From: Paraphysomonas bandaiensis
Taxonomy: Eukaryota; Protista; Chrysophyceae
Assembly (NCBI GenBank): GCA_965644295.1
Contig: CBFFRP010000271.1
Span: 1 to 64,000 of the forward strand
Direction of reading: 5' to 3'
Length of the DNA stretch: 64,000 nucleotides
The notes beneath the pieces were generated by a model that worked only from the letters and a program-made list of their open reading frames with translations, was not told the DNA's origin and did no database searches. Numbering within the stretch: the first letter of the stretch is position 1; every line of letters begins with the position of its first letter. The translations under genes were made by a program, and so were the position numbers. Below, in pieces: positions 36,562 through 50,500 of the stretch.

Positions 36562-37047
36562 AGAGTAGTAAATGTCTGATTATTAGAAATAGGCGTTTAA
36601 GATTAAGTGCTTAAATCTGATATCCTACTATTTAACGCTACGAAATCTGCTTGTGTGTTACCGCAAGCACCAAGGTGCAACCACTTTCGCTCTATCGCAG
36701 TGAGCAAGCAGAATGTTGATATATCTGACATCTGCTGACTTCAGGATTTTGAGTCCTTCAGGTAAATAGCCCGGATTCTTGACTTCAATAGACAGCCCAA
36801 TACCCGGATGCCCATGAGGTGGGCTCACTCCCGGATGGCCTGTTTATTAGTCAGGGTCCAAAGACCAAAGACGTCTACACAAGTGACACATATTAGTATC
36901 TCTTGTACCACACAAGCATTTGGGTATAAGTGGCAAAATAATTATCTGCTGCTTATATATGCGGCTCACGTTAGTTTCCCGGCGAAATTTATCTCCGGTA
37001 CTTATTCCCGAGAACACCACGAAATGTGCGCGTCCGACTTTATAGAG
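36562..37047 (-). mobile_element. SINE-like element, apparently near full length (~480 bp)
   Basis: Reverse complement of the family core, from ataaagtcggacgcgcac to ..aataatcagacatttactact. Confidence 0.75.
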
Positions 37048-37497
37048 AGTTAGACTGTATATATCCTGTATTGTAAAGCACTGGCCAAAAGGTATACTAT
37101 AGTGCTTCTATTCTCTAGCAAGGGGCTAGCAATATACTTTTATATTCTATTATTTATATTTTGATTTCCTGTCTGTTGTATATATAACTGTAATCTGTTT
37201 TATATTGAGCTAGCCACCAATTCTAATGTCTGGCTATATCAATGACAGCCCAGAGTAGCTGAGTAGCTGACATCAAGATATATATCATCCAATCCCAGGT
37301 AAATATATATCTCGTTATTTCGCATGTCAGATTCATCTAACTAGAACGTAATACAATGCTCATAAATGATCATGACAATGGTATACCAAACATCTCTGCT
37401 CAGAATGAAATGTATCGATTACATACACAAACTTCAATATGGTTCGCACGACTAAACTACACATCAAAGTAAGTTCGGCCTTGACGCTTGCTCCGTA

Positions 37498-38901
37498 TCA
37501 GAAATGAACAGCTGTTCGCATCATATTAGCCATCGCTGTAACATCCTCATCGATTTCACAGGAATCTTCAAGGGCCAAGAAAAGTTTCTCAAATTTAAGA
37601 AAATGATTCTTGGCGCGCTCTACTTCATCATTGTTCATCAATGTGATCGAGTAGTTTAAATGAATTAAGTAATCTTCACCGAGGTCGATAGCTTTATCGT
37701 AAGCGGCACATGAGTTTTCAAAATCGTCGAGCCTAATAGCAAAATAAGTACAATTTACACAGCAAAGACAATATTACTTGCTCAATGACACAGCCAGGTA
37801 CATGTACGCTCGCGCGTATGTTGGTTGCAGATTAATAGCGGTGCTAAAATAATGAAACGCGGAAGCATATTGTCCAACTGTCAGATGTACGATTCCTAAA
37901 TTATAACTGATAATCCACTCAAAGGGGGCTAGGTATACAGCCCGTTTCAAGCACGAAACAGCGGCGACATATTTCCCTTTGCCAAAAAAGCACATCCCCA
38001 CATTATTCCACAGTTGGGGTGAGTTCGGAGTTTGCGTCGCTGCAACACGATATTTCACAAGTGCAACATCCATGTCTTGATTGTCTTGTATGATACTCCC
38101 AGCAGCTAAAATAGTTTTGGGATTCTTTGGATCGTAGGTAAGTGAATTTCCTAGGTATTCGAAAGCTTTCGTGTTATTGCCCATCTTTAAATACAGTAAA
38201 CCGACGGTTGTTAATATATCAGAACTCTCAGGAACTACTTCCAAAGTTTCCAAATATGTTCGTAAAGCTTCATCTTCATTTCCCATCAGTCTATATGCCC
38301 GGCCCAGCTGGGAATATGTTGTCTCATGTCGCCGAATGGAATTAGCATTGTCAAAGCAATCAATTGCATTTTCGTACTGTTTCAGATAAAGAAAACACAT
38401 ACCCTTATTGTGCCAAATCTCTCTATCTTCAGGTGAAAGCTTTTCAGCCTCTTCAAATACATCTAGTGCTGTTTTGTGTTTCCCAAGTAGAAATAGAGAG
38501 CGCCCGACCTGTTTCAAATTATTCACATTTAGTGGGTTCATGCACAAGGCCGCTTGAAATGTAGTTAATGATTCTTCAATACGGCCCTGCTGTCTCAAAA
38601 TAAGAGCTACGAAAAATATTTATTTCCCGTATAATATTGCTTAAATATGACCTTTTATATATAACGGATACTCGGATTGCCCGTTACATGCACGCAATTG
38701 ATCCTCGATAACCTTTAAGCATTCAGAATAGTCCTGTTAAAGTATCAAAAACAGATCACTATAAATGTATAAATGGTAACCATTCCACACCTTCCTTGTA
38801 TAGCACATATGAATATACCAGTTTTGCCGCATTCGGACAGTTGACTTCGTCCCAAGATTATTTGAATTCTTTGGTACAGACGATGGCATAGTGCCCAACA
38901 T
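37498..38901 (-). CDS. BBS4: Bardet-Biedl syndrome 4 protein (BBSome TPR subunit), exons 38901-38791, 38733-38652, 38606-37778, 37732-37498
   Basis: NWYIHMCYTRKDYSECLKVIEDQL..EYPLYIKALILRQQGRIEESL..KQVGRSLFLLGKHK..SPQLWNNVGMCFFGKGKYVAAVSCLKRA. Three GT-AG introns of 45-57 nt restore the frame. Confidence 0.95.
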
Positions 38902-39019
38902 CTTAAAAATCAGTACACTTGAATTTCAGACTGCTATTCAAATAAGCCGAAGACAAAAACAACTTGATATTACTTTCTAATTCCTTGACTTCATACAGAG
39001 AAAGACAAGGTTTACAGCA

Positions 39020-39152
39020 TCATGTATGTCTACGTATGTATGTAGGTAGGTATGTATGTATGTATGTATGTATGTATGTATGTATGTATGTATGTATGTA
39101 TGTATGTATGTACGTATGTATGTATGTAGGTAGGTAGGTAGGTAGGTACGTA
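39020..39152. repeat. (TATG)n/(TAGG)n microsatellite
   Basis: Directly visible in the sequence. Confidence 0.95.
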
Positions 39153-39379
39153 TTTCATTGTGTATGCATAGCGAGATGAAAGATTCACTTTAGTTTTTGT
39201 GTAACTTCCTCCTCCTCCTCCAACATCAAGACCTTTCATTCAATCTCGCGTTATGTCAAGTGTTAAACTTTACTGGAAAATAACAACTAAGGCGGGACAC
39301 TCACCTTAATATCCTGCCGTATAATTCTGAAGAAGTGCTGTTGAAGTAAATAAGTTCTATACAGATAGGATCTCTCGTC

Positions 39380-39695
39380 ATGCCGGACTCTAAAGCTGGG
39401 AGCAAAGACAGCCCTAGGAGTGATGATAGTTCAGGCGACAAAACTCAGAGCAACAAGCTCGAAGGATTTAGTTCACCCCGTAAAAAGTTAATGCAAGCCA
39501 AGATACAAGCCGAAGCAATTGATAATGAGGTTGGTTTAGACCTACTCGTTTGACTGTTTTAATAAACCTTGTACTAAACAGAATAATTTGATCGACAAGC
39601 ACAAAATTAGACAAAATGTAAGCCGTAATTTTGTCTCAGGCTTAATATCGGAAAGTTTGGAGACAATTTCTGATACCAAGATCACTTCGAAGTAG
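39380..39695 (+). CDS. Putative small spliced orphan protein (87 aa), exons 39380-39529 and 39582-39695
   Basis: MPDSKAGSKDSPRSDDSSGDK..AEAIDNE|NNLIDKHKIRQNVSRNFVSGLISESLETISDTKITSK*. The 52-nt GT..ctaa..CAG intron is phase 0 and of the size typical for this window. Confidence 0.55.
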
Positions 39696-40770
39696 AATGT
39701 AGATGTCGTATAGTGTCTTTTCGAAATGGAAAGAATTATTGAAATGAAAATACGTGCATTTGTATAGTTCTATGGAGTATTGACATATGATTTGCCAATT
39801 CATTTCTACTTCGTATGTGGTGACAACATGTCGGCACGGAAATGTTATGTCATCATTATGATATGTAGAGTGTTCTCAACAAACATGAATTAATTAATAT
39901 AAAGTCCATCTCTTTTTCTTCTCTAGACGAATGGCTCTCTAATAATTTTATATTATATCTTACGCATCGTAGCTGGTTAACTGACTGTAATTAGTTCAGT
40001 ATCACCACAAACGAAAATTCGTAAACCAGAGCAAGGGAAATAATGTATATTGCAATAGTATTGTAGATAGATTGTAGCTTCTCAATAAGAATACGAGTTA
40101 TAATCGGTTGCGGAAATGTATTTGTCCCTACTATATTTTTTCCGACATTTCTACTAAACTAAAAAGTGCCATTTGTTTCTACTATTTTTTTCTTACATTC
40201 CTACTAAGTTAAAAATTTTATGGATTCTAATAAATTTCAATACGGTTCAACTGCCATTTTTTAGTTTAGTTAGAACATCTGAAAAATTTGTAGGAACATA
40301 TGGAAGTTTTAGTAGCTTTAAAAATGACATCGTAGTTGGTTGTAGGTTACGTAACTTGCATTAGATAAGGGAGATATATTTAGAAGTTTATGTGAATGAA
40401 TAAGACCAAATGGCATATCAACATTCTATTTTACTTTGACCTTGGTGCTTGGGCAACGCACAAATGGACAAATAGTTTTGTAGACTTTTCAATTTTGTAA
40501 TTTCATGTTTACCCGTCTACTACTAATATATTATACGTTCAGGTAAAGTAATAATAGCTCACAATACAACCATTAATACGGTGAGAGCGACTGCCGTATT
40601 ATTCGTCCTCTACCAACCCAGATTCTGACTGAGTGATGTATATTTTGAACTGAGTGAATACTCTAGTAATAGATATGTGTGACTTGTATTGCTACGTGAT
40701 GGCTATATGCTGTATTAGGGTATAGATAGATAGCACTACTATGTATAATGTAACCATTGCATAATGCAGG

Positions 40771-43700
40771 GTAAGTAATACTGTTCATAAAGATGATGAC
40801 GGGGTCGTATGTCGTATATATGCGGTATTGTTCTGATTATTGTTGTGCGTTGTTACTATACACTGTACTAACTGTGTATGTATGATGGTGTAGGAGAAGT
40901 GCAACAGGAAGAAGAATGTCGTCAACATTCGTGGCGACATATCCAACGATGACCCGGAGGCGGAGGAAGAGATACCACGAAAGTGCACGAGCAGTGTAAG
41001 TAATAATACTGTTCATAAAGATGATGACGGGGTCGTATGTCGTATATATGCGGTATTGTTCTGATTATTGTTGTGCGTTGTTACTATACACTGTACTAAC
41101 TGTGTATGTATGATGATGGTGTGTAGAGGAGAAGTGCAACAGGAAGAAGAATGTCGTCAACATTCGTGGCGACATATCCAACGATGACCCGGAGGCGGAG
41201 GAAGAGATACCACGAAAGTGCACGAGCAGTGTAAGTAACAATACTGTTCATAAAGATGATGACGGGGTCGTATGTCGTATATATGCGGTATTGTTCTGAT
41301 TATTGTTGTGCGTTGTTACTATACACTGTACTAACTGTGTATGTATGATGGTGTGTAGAGGAGAAGTGCAACAGGAAGAAGAATGTCGTCAACATTCGTG
41401 GCGACATATCCAACGATGACCCGGAGGCGGAGGAAGAGATACCACGAAAGTGCACGAGCAGTGTAAGTAACAATACTGTTCATAAAGATGATGACGGGGT
41501 CGTATGTCGTATATATGCGGTATTGTTCTGATTATTGTTGTGCGTTGTTACTATACACTGTACTAACTGTGTATGTATGATGATGGTGTGTAGAGGAGAA
41601 GTGCAACAGGAAGAAGAATGTCGTCAACATTCGTGGCGACATATCCAACGATGACCCGGAGGCGGAGGAAGAGATACCACGAAAGTGCACGAGCAGTGTA
41701 AGTAACAATACTGTTCATAAAGATGATGACGGGGTCGTATGTCGTATATATGCGGTATTGTTCTGATTATTGTTGTGCGTTGTTACTATACACTGTACTA
41801 ACTGTGTATGTATGATGATGGTGTGTAGAGGAGAAGTGCAACAGGAAGAAGAATGTCGTCAACATTCGTGGCGACATATCCAACGATGACCCGGAGGCGG
41901 AGGAAGAGATACCACGAAAGTGCACGAGCAGTGTAAGTAACAATACTGTTCATAAAGATGATGACGGGGTCGTATGTCGTATATATGCGGTATTGTTCTG
42001 ATTATTGTTGTGCGTTGTTACTATACACTGTACTAACTGTGTATGTATGATGATGGTGTGTAGAGGAGAAGTGCAACAGGAAGAAGAATGTCGTCAACAT
42101 TCGTGGCGACATATCCAACGATGACCCGGAGGCGGAGGAAGAGATACCACGAAAGTGCACGAGCAGTGTAAGTAACAATACTGTTCATAAAGATGATGAC
42201 GGGGTCGTATGTCGTATATATGCGGTATTGTTCTGATTATTGTTGTGCGTTGTTACTATACACTGTACTAACTGTGTATGTATGATGGTGTAGGAGAAGT
42301 GCAACAGGAAGAAGAATGTCGTCAACATTCGTGGCGACATATCCAACGATGACCCGGAGGCGGAGGAAGAGATACCACGAAAGTGCACGAGCAGTGTAAG
42401 TAACAATACTGTTCATAAAGATGATGACGGGGTCGTATGTCGTATATATGCGGTATTGTTCTGATTATTGTTGTGCGTTGTTACTATACACTGTACTAAC
42501 TGTGTATGTATGATGGTGTGTAGAGGAGAAGTGCAACAGGAAGAAGAATGTCGTCAACATTCGTGGCGACATATCCAACGATGACCCGGAGGCGGAGGAA
42601 GAGATACCACGAAAGTGCACGAGCAGTGTAAGTAACAATACTGTTCATAAAGATGATGACGGGGTCGTATGTCGTATATATGCGGTATTGTTCTGATTAT
42701 TGTTGTGCGTTGTTACTATACACTGTACTAACTGTGTATGTATGATGGTGTGTAGAGGAGAAGTGCAACAGGAAGAAGAATGTCGTCAACATTCGTGGCG
42801 ACATATCCAACGATGACCCGGAGGCGGAGGAAGAGATACCACGAAAGTGCACGAGCAGTGTAAGTAACAATACTGTTCATAAAGATGATGACGGGGTCGT
42901 ATGTCGTATATATGCGGTATTGTTCTGATTATTGTTGTGCGTTGTTACTATACACTGTACTAACTGTGTATGTATGATGGTGTAGGAGAAGTGCAACAGG
43001 AAGAAGAATGTCGTCAACATTCGTGGCGACATATCCAACGATGACCCGGAGGCGGAGGAAGAGATACCACGAAAGTGCACGAGCAGAGTAAGTAACAATA
43101 CTGTTCATAAAGATGATGACGGGGTCGTATGTCGTATATATGCGGTATTGTTCTGATTATTGTTGTGCGTTGTTACTATACACTGTACTAACTGTGTATG
43201 TATGATGGTGTAGGAGAAGTGCAACAGGAAGAAGAATGTCGTCAACATTCGTGGCGACATATCCAACGATGACCCGGAGGCGGAGGAAGAGATACCACGA
43301 AAGTGCACGAGCAGTGTAAGTAATAATACTGTTCATAAAGATGATGACGGGGTCGTATGTCGTATATATGCGGTATTGTTCTGATTATTGTTGTGCGTTG
43401 TTACTATACACTGTACTAACTGTGTATGTATGATGATGGTGTGTAGAGGAGAAGTGCAACAGGAAGAAGAATGTCGTCAACATTCGTGGCGACATATCCA
43501 ACGATGACCCGGAGGCGGAGGAAGAGATACCACGAAAGTGCACGAGCAGTGTAAGTAACAATACTGTTCATAAAGATGATGACGGGGTCGTATGTCGTAT
43601 ATATGCGGTATTGTTCTGATTATTGTTGTGCGTTGTTACTATACACTGTACTAACTGTGTATGTATGATGGTGTGTAGAGGAGAAGTGCAACAGGAAGAA

Positions 43701-46700
43701 GAATGTCGTCAACATTCGTGGCGACATATCCAACGATGACCCGGAGGCGGAGGAAGAGATACCACGAAAGTGCACGAGCAGTGTAAGTAACAATACTGTT
43801 CATAAAGATGATGACGGGGTCGTATGTCGTATATATGCGGTATTGTTCTGATTATTGTTGTGCGTTGTTACTATACACTGTACTAACTGTGTATGTATGA
43901 TGATGGTGTGTAGAGGAGAAGTGCAACAGGAAGAAGAATGTCGTCAACATTCGTGGCGACATATCCAAGGATGACCCGGAGGCGGAGGAAGAGATACCAC
44001 GAAAGTGCACGAGCAGTGTAAGTAACAATACTGTTCATAAAGATGATGACGGGGTCGTATGTCGTATATATGCGGTATTGTTCTGATTATTGTTGTGCGT
44101 TGTTACTATACACTGTACTAACTGTGTATGTATGATGATGGTGTGTAGAGGAGAAGTGCAACAGGAAGAAGAATGTCGTCAACATTCGTGGCGACATATC
44201 CAACGATGACCCGGAGGCGGAGGAAGAGATACCACGAAAGTGCACGAGCAGTGTAAGTAACAATACTGTTCATAAAGATGATGACGGGGTCGTATGTCGT
44301 ATATATGCGGTATTGTTCTGATTATTGTTGTGCGTTGTTACTATACACTGTACTAACTGTGTATGTATGATGGTGTAGGAGAAGTGCAACAGGAAGAAGA
44401 ATGTCGTCAACATTCGTGGCGACATATCCAACGATGACCCGGAGGCGGAGGAAGAGATACCACGAAAGTGCACGAGCAGTGTAAGTAACAATACTGTTCA
44501 TAAAGATGATGACGGGGTCGTATGTCGTATATATGCGGTATTGTTCTGATTATTGTTGTGCGTTGTTACTATACACTGTACTAACTGTGTATGTATGATG
44601 GTGTGTAGAGGAGAAGTGCAACAGGAAGAAGAATGTCGTCAACATTCGTGGCGACATATCCAACGATGACCCGGAGGCGGAGGAAGAGATACCACGAAAG
44701 TGCACGAGCAGTGTAAGTAACAATACTGTTCATAAAGATGATGACGGGGTCGTATGTCGTATATATGCGGTATTGTTCTGATTATTGTTGTGCGTTGTTA
44801 CTATACACTGTACTAACTGTGTATGTATGATGGTGTAGGAGAAGTGCAACAGGAAGAAGAATGTCGTCAACATTCGTGGCGACATATCCAACGATGACCC
44901 GGAGGCGGAGGAAGAGATACCACGAAAGTGCACGAGCAGAGTAAGTAACAATACTGTTCATAAAGATGATGACGGGGTCGTATGTCGTATATATGCGGTA
45001 TTGTTCTGATTATTGTTGTGCGTTGTTACTATACACTGTACTAACTGTGTATGTATGATGGTGTAGGAGAAGTGCAACAGGAAGAAGAATGTCGTCAACA
45101 TTCGTGGCGACATATCCAACGATGACCCGGAGGCGGAGGAAGAGATACCACGAAAGTGCACGAGCAGTGTAAGTAATAATACTGTTCATAAAGATGATGA
45201 CGGGGTCGTATGTCGTATATATGCGGTATTGTTCTGATTATTGTTGTGCGTTGTTACTATACACTGTACTAACTGTGTATGTATGATGATGGTGTGTAGA
45301 GGAGAAGTGCAACAGGAAGAAGAATGTCGTCAACATTCGTGGCGACATATCCAACGATGACCCGGAGGCGGAGGAAGAGATACCACGAAAGTGCACGAGC
45401 AGTGTAAGTAACAATACTGTTCATAAAGATGATGACGGGGTCGTATGTCGTATATATGCGGTATTGTTCTGATTATTGTTGTGCGTTGTTACTATACACT
45501 GTACTAACTGTGTATGTATGATGGTGTAGGAGAAGTGCAACAGGAAGAAGAATGTCGTCAACATTCGTGGCGACATATCCAACGATGACCCGGAGGCGGA
45601 GGAAGAGATACCACGAAAGTGCACGAGCAGTGTAAGTAACAATACTGTTCATAAAGATGATGACGGGGTCGTATGTCGTATATATGCGGTATTGTTCTGA
45701 TTATTGTTGTGCGTTGTTACTATACACTGTACTAACTGTGTATGTATGATGATGGTGTGTAGAGGAGAAGTGCAACAGGAAGAAGAATGTCGTCAACATT
45801 CGTGGCGACATATCCAAGGATGACCCGGAGGCGGAGGAAGAGATACCACGAAAGTGCACGAGCAGTGTAAGTAACAATACTGTTCATAAAGATGATGACG
45901 GGGTCGTATGTCGTATATATGCGGTATTGTTCTGATTATTGTTGTGCGTTGTTACTATACACTGTACTAACTGTGTATGTATGATGATGGTGTGTAGAGG
46001 AGAAGTGCAACAGGAAGAAGAATGTCGTCAACATTCGTGGCGACATATCCAACGATGACCCGGAGGCGGAGGAAGAGATACCACGAAAGTGCACGAGCAG
46101 TGTAAGTAACAATACTGTTCATAAAGATGATGACGGGGTCGTATGTCGTATATATGCGGTATTGTTCTGATTATTGTTGTGCGTTGTTACTATACACTGT
46201 ACTAACTGTGTATGTATGATGGTGTAGGAGAAGTGCAACAGGAAGAAGAATGTCGTCAACATTCGTGGCGACATATCCAACGATGACCCGGAGGCGGAGG
46301 AAGAGATACCACACGAAAGTGCACGAGCAGTGTAAGTAACAATACTGTTCATAAAGATGATGACGGGGTCGTATGTCGTATATATGCGGTATTGTTCTGA
46401 TTATTGTTGTGCGTTGTTACTATACACTGTACTAACTGTGTATGTATGATGGTGTAGGAGAAGTGCAACAGGAAGAAGAATGTCGTCAACATTCGTGGCG
46501 ACATATCCAACGATGACCCGGAGGCGGAGGAAGAGATACCACGAAAGTGCACGAGCAGTGTAAGTAACAATACTGTTCATAAAGATGATGACGGGGTCGT
46601 ATGTCGTATATATGCGGTATTGTTCTGATTATTGTTGTGCGTTGTTACTATACACTGTACTAACTGTGTATGTATGATGGTGTGTAGAGGAGAAGTGCAA

Positions 46701-49700
46701 CAGGAAGAAGAATGTCGTCAACATTCGTGGCGACATATCCAACGATGACCCGGAGGCGGAGGAAGAGATACCACGAAAGTGCACGAGCAGTGTAAGTAAC
46801 AATACTGTTCATAAAGATGATGACGGGGTCGTATGTCGTATATATGCGGTATTGTTCTGATTATTGTTGTGCGTTGTTACTATACACTGTACTAACTGTG
46901 TATGTATGATGGTGTAGGAGAAGTGCAACAGGAAGAAGAATGTCGTCAACATTCGTGGCGACATATCCAACGATGACCCGGAGGCGGAGGAAGAGATACC
47001 ACGAAAGTGCACGAGCAGAGTAAGTAACAATACTGTTCATAAAGATGATGACGGGGTCGTATGTCGTATATATGCGGTATTGTTCTGATTATTGTTGTGC
47101 GTTGTTACTATACACTGTACTAACTGTGTATGTATGATGGTGTAGGAGAAGTGCAACAGGAAGAAGAATGTCGTCAACATTCGTGGCGACATATCCAACG
47201 ATGACCCGGAGGCGGAGGAAGAGATACCACGAAAGTGCACGAGCAGTGTAAGTAACAATACTGTTCATAAAGATGATGACGGGGTCGTATGTCGTATATA
47301 TGCGGTATTGTTCTGATTATTGTTGTGCGTTGTTACTATACACTGTACTAACTGTGTATGTATGATGATGGTGTGTAGAGGAGAAGTGCAACAGGAAGAA
47401 GAATGTCGTCAACATTCGTGGCGACATATCCAACGATGACCCGGAGGCGGAGGAAGAGATACCACGAAAGTGCACGAGCAGTGTAAGTAACAATACTGTT
47501 CATAAAGATGATGACGGGGTCGTATGTCGTATATATGCGGTATTGTTCTGATTATTGTTGTGCGTTGTTACTATACACTGTACTAACTGTGTATGTATGA
47601 TGGTGTAGGAGAAGTGCAACAGGAAGAAGAATGTCGTCAACATTCGTGGCGACATATCCAACGATGACCCGGAGGCGGAGGAAGAGATACCACGAAAGTG
47701 CACGAGCAGTGTAAGTAACAATACTGTTCATAAAGATGATGACGGGGTCGTATGTCGTATATATGCGGTATTGTTCTGATTTTATTGTTGTGCGTTGTTA
47801 CTATACACTGTACTAACTGTGTATGTATGATGATGGTGTGTAGAGGAGAAGTGCAACAGGAAGAAGAATGTCGTCAACATTCGTGGCGACATATCCAAGG
47901 ATGACCCGGAGGCGGAGGAAGAGATACCACGAAAGTGCACGAGCAGTGTAAGTAACAATACTGTTCATAAAGATGATGACGGGGTCGTATGTCGTATATA
48001 TGCGGTATTGTTCTGATTATTGTTGTGCGTTGTTACTATACACTGTACTAACTGTGTATGTATGATGATGGTGTGTAGAGGAGAAGTGCAACAGGAAGAA
48101 GAATGTCGTCAACATTCGTGGCGACATATCCAACGATGACCCGGAGGCGGAGGAAGAGATACCACGAAAGTGCACGAGCAGTGTAAGTAACAATACTGTT
48201 CATAAAGATGATGACGGGGTCGTATGTCGTATATATGCGGTATTGTTCTGATTATTGTTGTGCGTTGTTACTATACACTGTACTAACTGTGTATGTATGA
48301 TGGTGTAGGAGAAGTGCAACAGGAAGAAGAATGTCGTCAACATTCGTGGCGACATATCCAACGATGACCCGGAGGCGGAGGAAGAGATACCACGAAAGTG
48401 CACGAGCAGTGTAAGTAACAATACTGTTCATAAAGATGATGACGGGGTCGTATGTCGTATATATGCGGTATTGTTCTGATTATTGTTGTGCGTTGTTACT
48501 ATACACTGTACTAACTGTGTATGTATGATGGTGTAGGAGAAGTGCAACAGGAAGAAGAATGTCGTCAACATTCGTGGCGACATATCCAACGATGACCCGG
48601 AGGCGGAGGAAGAGATACCACGAAAGTGCACGAGCAGAGTAAGTAACAATACTGTTCATAAAGATGATGACGGGGTCGTATGTCGTATATATGCGGTATT
48701 GTTCTGATTATTGTTGTGCGTTGTTACTATACACTGTACTAACTGTGTATGTATGATGGTGTAGGAGAAGTGCAACAGGAAGAAGAATGTCGTCAACATT
48801 CGTGTGGCGACATATCCAACGATGACCCGGAGGCGGAGGAAGAGATACCACGAAAGTGCACGAGCAGTGTAAGTAATAATAATGTTCATAAAGATGATGA
48901 CGGGGTCGTATGTCGTATATATGCGGTATTGTTCTGATTATTGTTGTGCGTTGTTACTATACACTGTACTAACTGTGTATGTATGATGGTGTAGGAGAAG
49001 TGCAACAGGAAGAAGAATGTCGTCAACATTCGTGGCGACATATCCAACGATGACCCGGAGGCGGAGGAAGAGATACCACGAAAGTGCACGAGCAGAGTAA
49101 GTAATACTGTTCATAAAGATGATGACGGGGTCGTATGTCGTATATATGCGGTATTGTTCTGATTATTGTTGTGCGTTGTTACTATACACTGTACTAACTG
49201 TGTATGTATGATGGTGTAGGAGAAGTGCAACAGGAAGAAGAATGTCGTCAACATTCGTGGCGACATATCCAACGATGACCCGGAGGCGGAGGAAGAGATA
49301 CCACGAAAGTGCACGAGCAGAGTAAGTAATACTGTTCATAAAGATGATGACGGGGTCGTATGTCGTATATATGCGGTATTGTTCTGATTATTGTTGTGCG
49401 TTGTTACTATACACTGTACTAACTGTGTATGTATGATGGTGTAGGAGAAGTGCAACAGGAAGAAGAATGTCGTCAACATTCGTGGCGACATATCCAACGA
49501 TGACCCGGAGGCGGAGGAAGAGATACCACGAAAGTGCACGAGCAGAGTAAGTAATAATACTGTTCATAAAGATGATGACGGGGTCGTATGTCGTATATAT
49601 GCGGTATTGTTCTGATTATTGTTGTGCGTTGTTACTATACACTGTACTAACTGTGTATGTATGATGGTGTGTAGAGGAGAAGTGCAACAGGAAGAAGAAT

Positions 49701-50500
49701 GTCGTCAACATTCGTGGCGACATATCCAACGATGACCCGGAGGCGGAGGAAGAGATACCACGAAAGTGCACGAGCAGTGTAAGTAATAATACTGTTCATA
49801 AAGATGATGACGGGGTCGTATGTCGTATATATGCGGTATTGTTCTGATTATTGTTGTGCGTTGTTACTATACACTGTACTAACTGTGTATGTATGATGGT
49901 GTAGGAGAAGTGCAACAGGAAGAAGAATGTCGTCAACATTCGTGGCGACATATCCAACGACGACCCGGAGGCGGAGGAAGAGATACCACGAAAGTGCACG
50001 AGCAGAGTAAGTAATAATACTGTTCATAAAGATGATGACGGGGTCGTATGTCGTATATATGCGGTATTGTTCTGATTATTGTTGTGCGTTGTTACTATAC
50101 ACTGTACTAACTGTGTATGTATGACGGTGTGTAGAGGAGAAGTGCAACAGGAAGAAGAATGTCGTCAACATTCGTGGCGACATATCCAACGACGACCCGG
50201 AGGCGGAGGAAGAGATACCACGAAAGTGCACGAGCAGTGTAAGTAATACTGTTCATAAAGATGATGACGGGGTCGTATGTCGTATATATGCGGTATTGTT
50301 CTGATTATTGTTGTGCGTTGTTACTATACACTGTACTAACTGTGTATGTATGATGGTGTGTAGAGGAGAAGTGCAACAGGAAGAAGAATGTCGTCAACAT
50401 TCGTGGCGACATATCCAACGATGACCCGGAGGCGGAGGAAGAGATACCACGAAAGTGCACGAGCAGAGTAAGTAATACTGTTCATAAAGATGATGACGGG
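40771..50500 (+). repeat. Tandem array of 42 near-identical 225-237 bp units plus a partial unit; each unit is intron-like plus exon-like
   Basis: Units counted from the recurring 'tcataaagatgatgacgggg' anchor at 40785...50482. Length classes are mainly 228, 232 and 235 bp. Confidence 0.97.

Noticed and set aside
40785-49999. Repeated 67-77 aa minus-strand ORFs (MHFRGISSSAS...)
   Set aside because: They start at non-ATG codons, are broken in all 232/235-bp units, and are antisense shadows of the plus-strand exon-like frame.
40771-50500. CRISPR-like array
   Set aside because: The units are near-identical along their whole length, with no unique spacers and no cas genes, and the context is eukaryotic.
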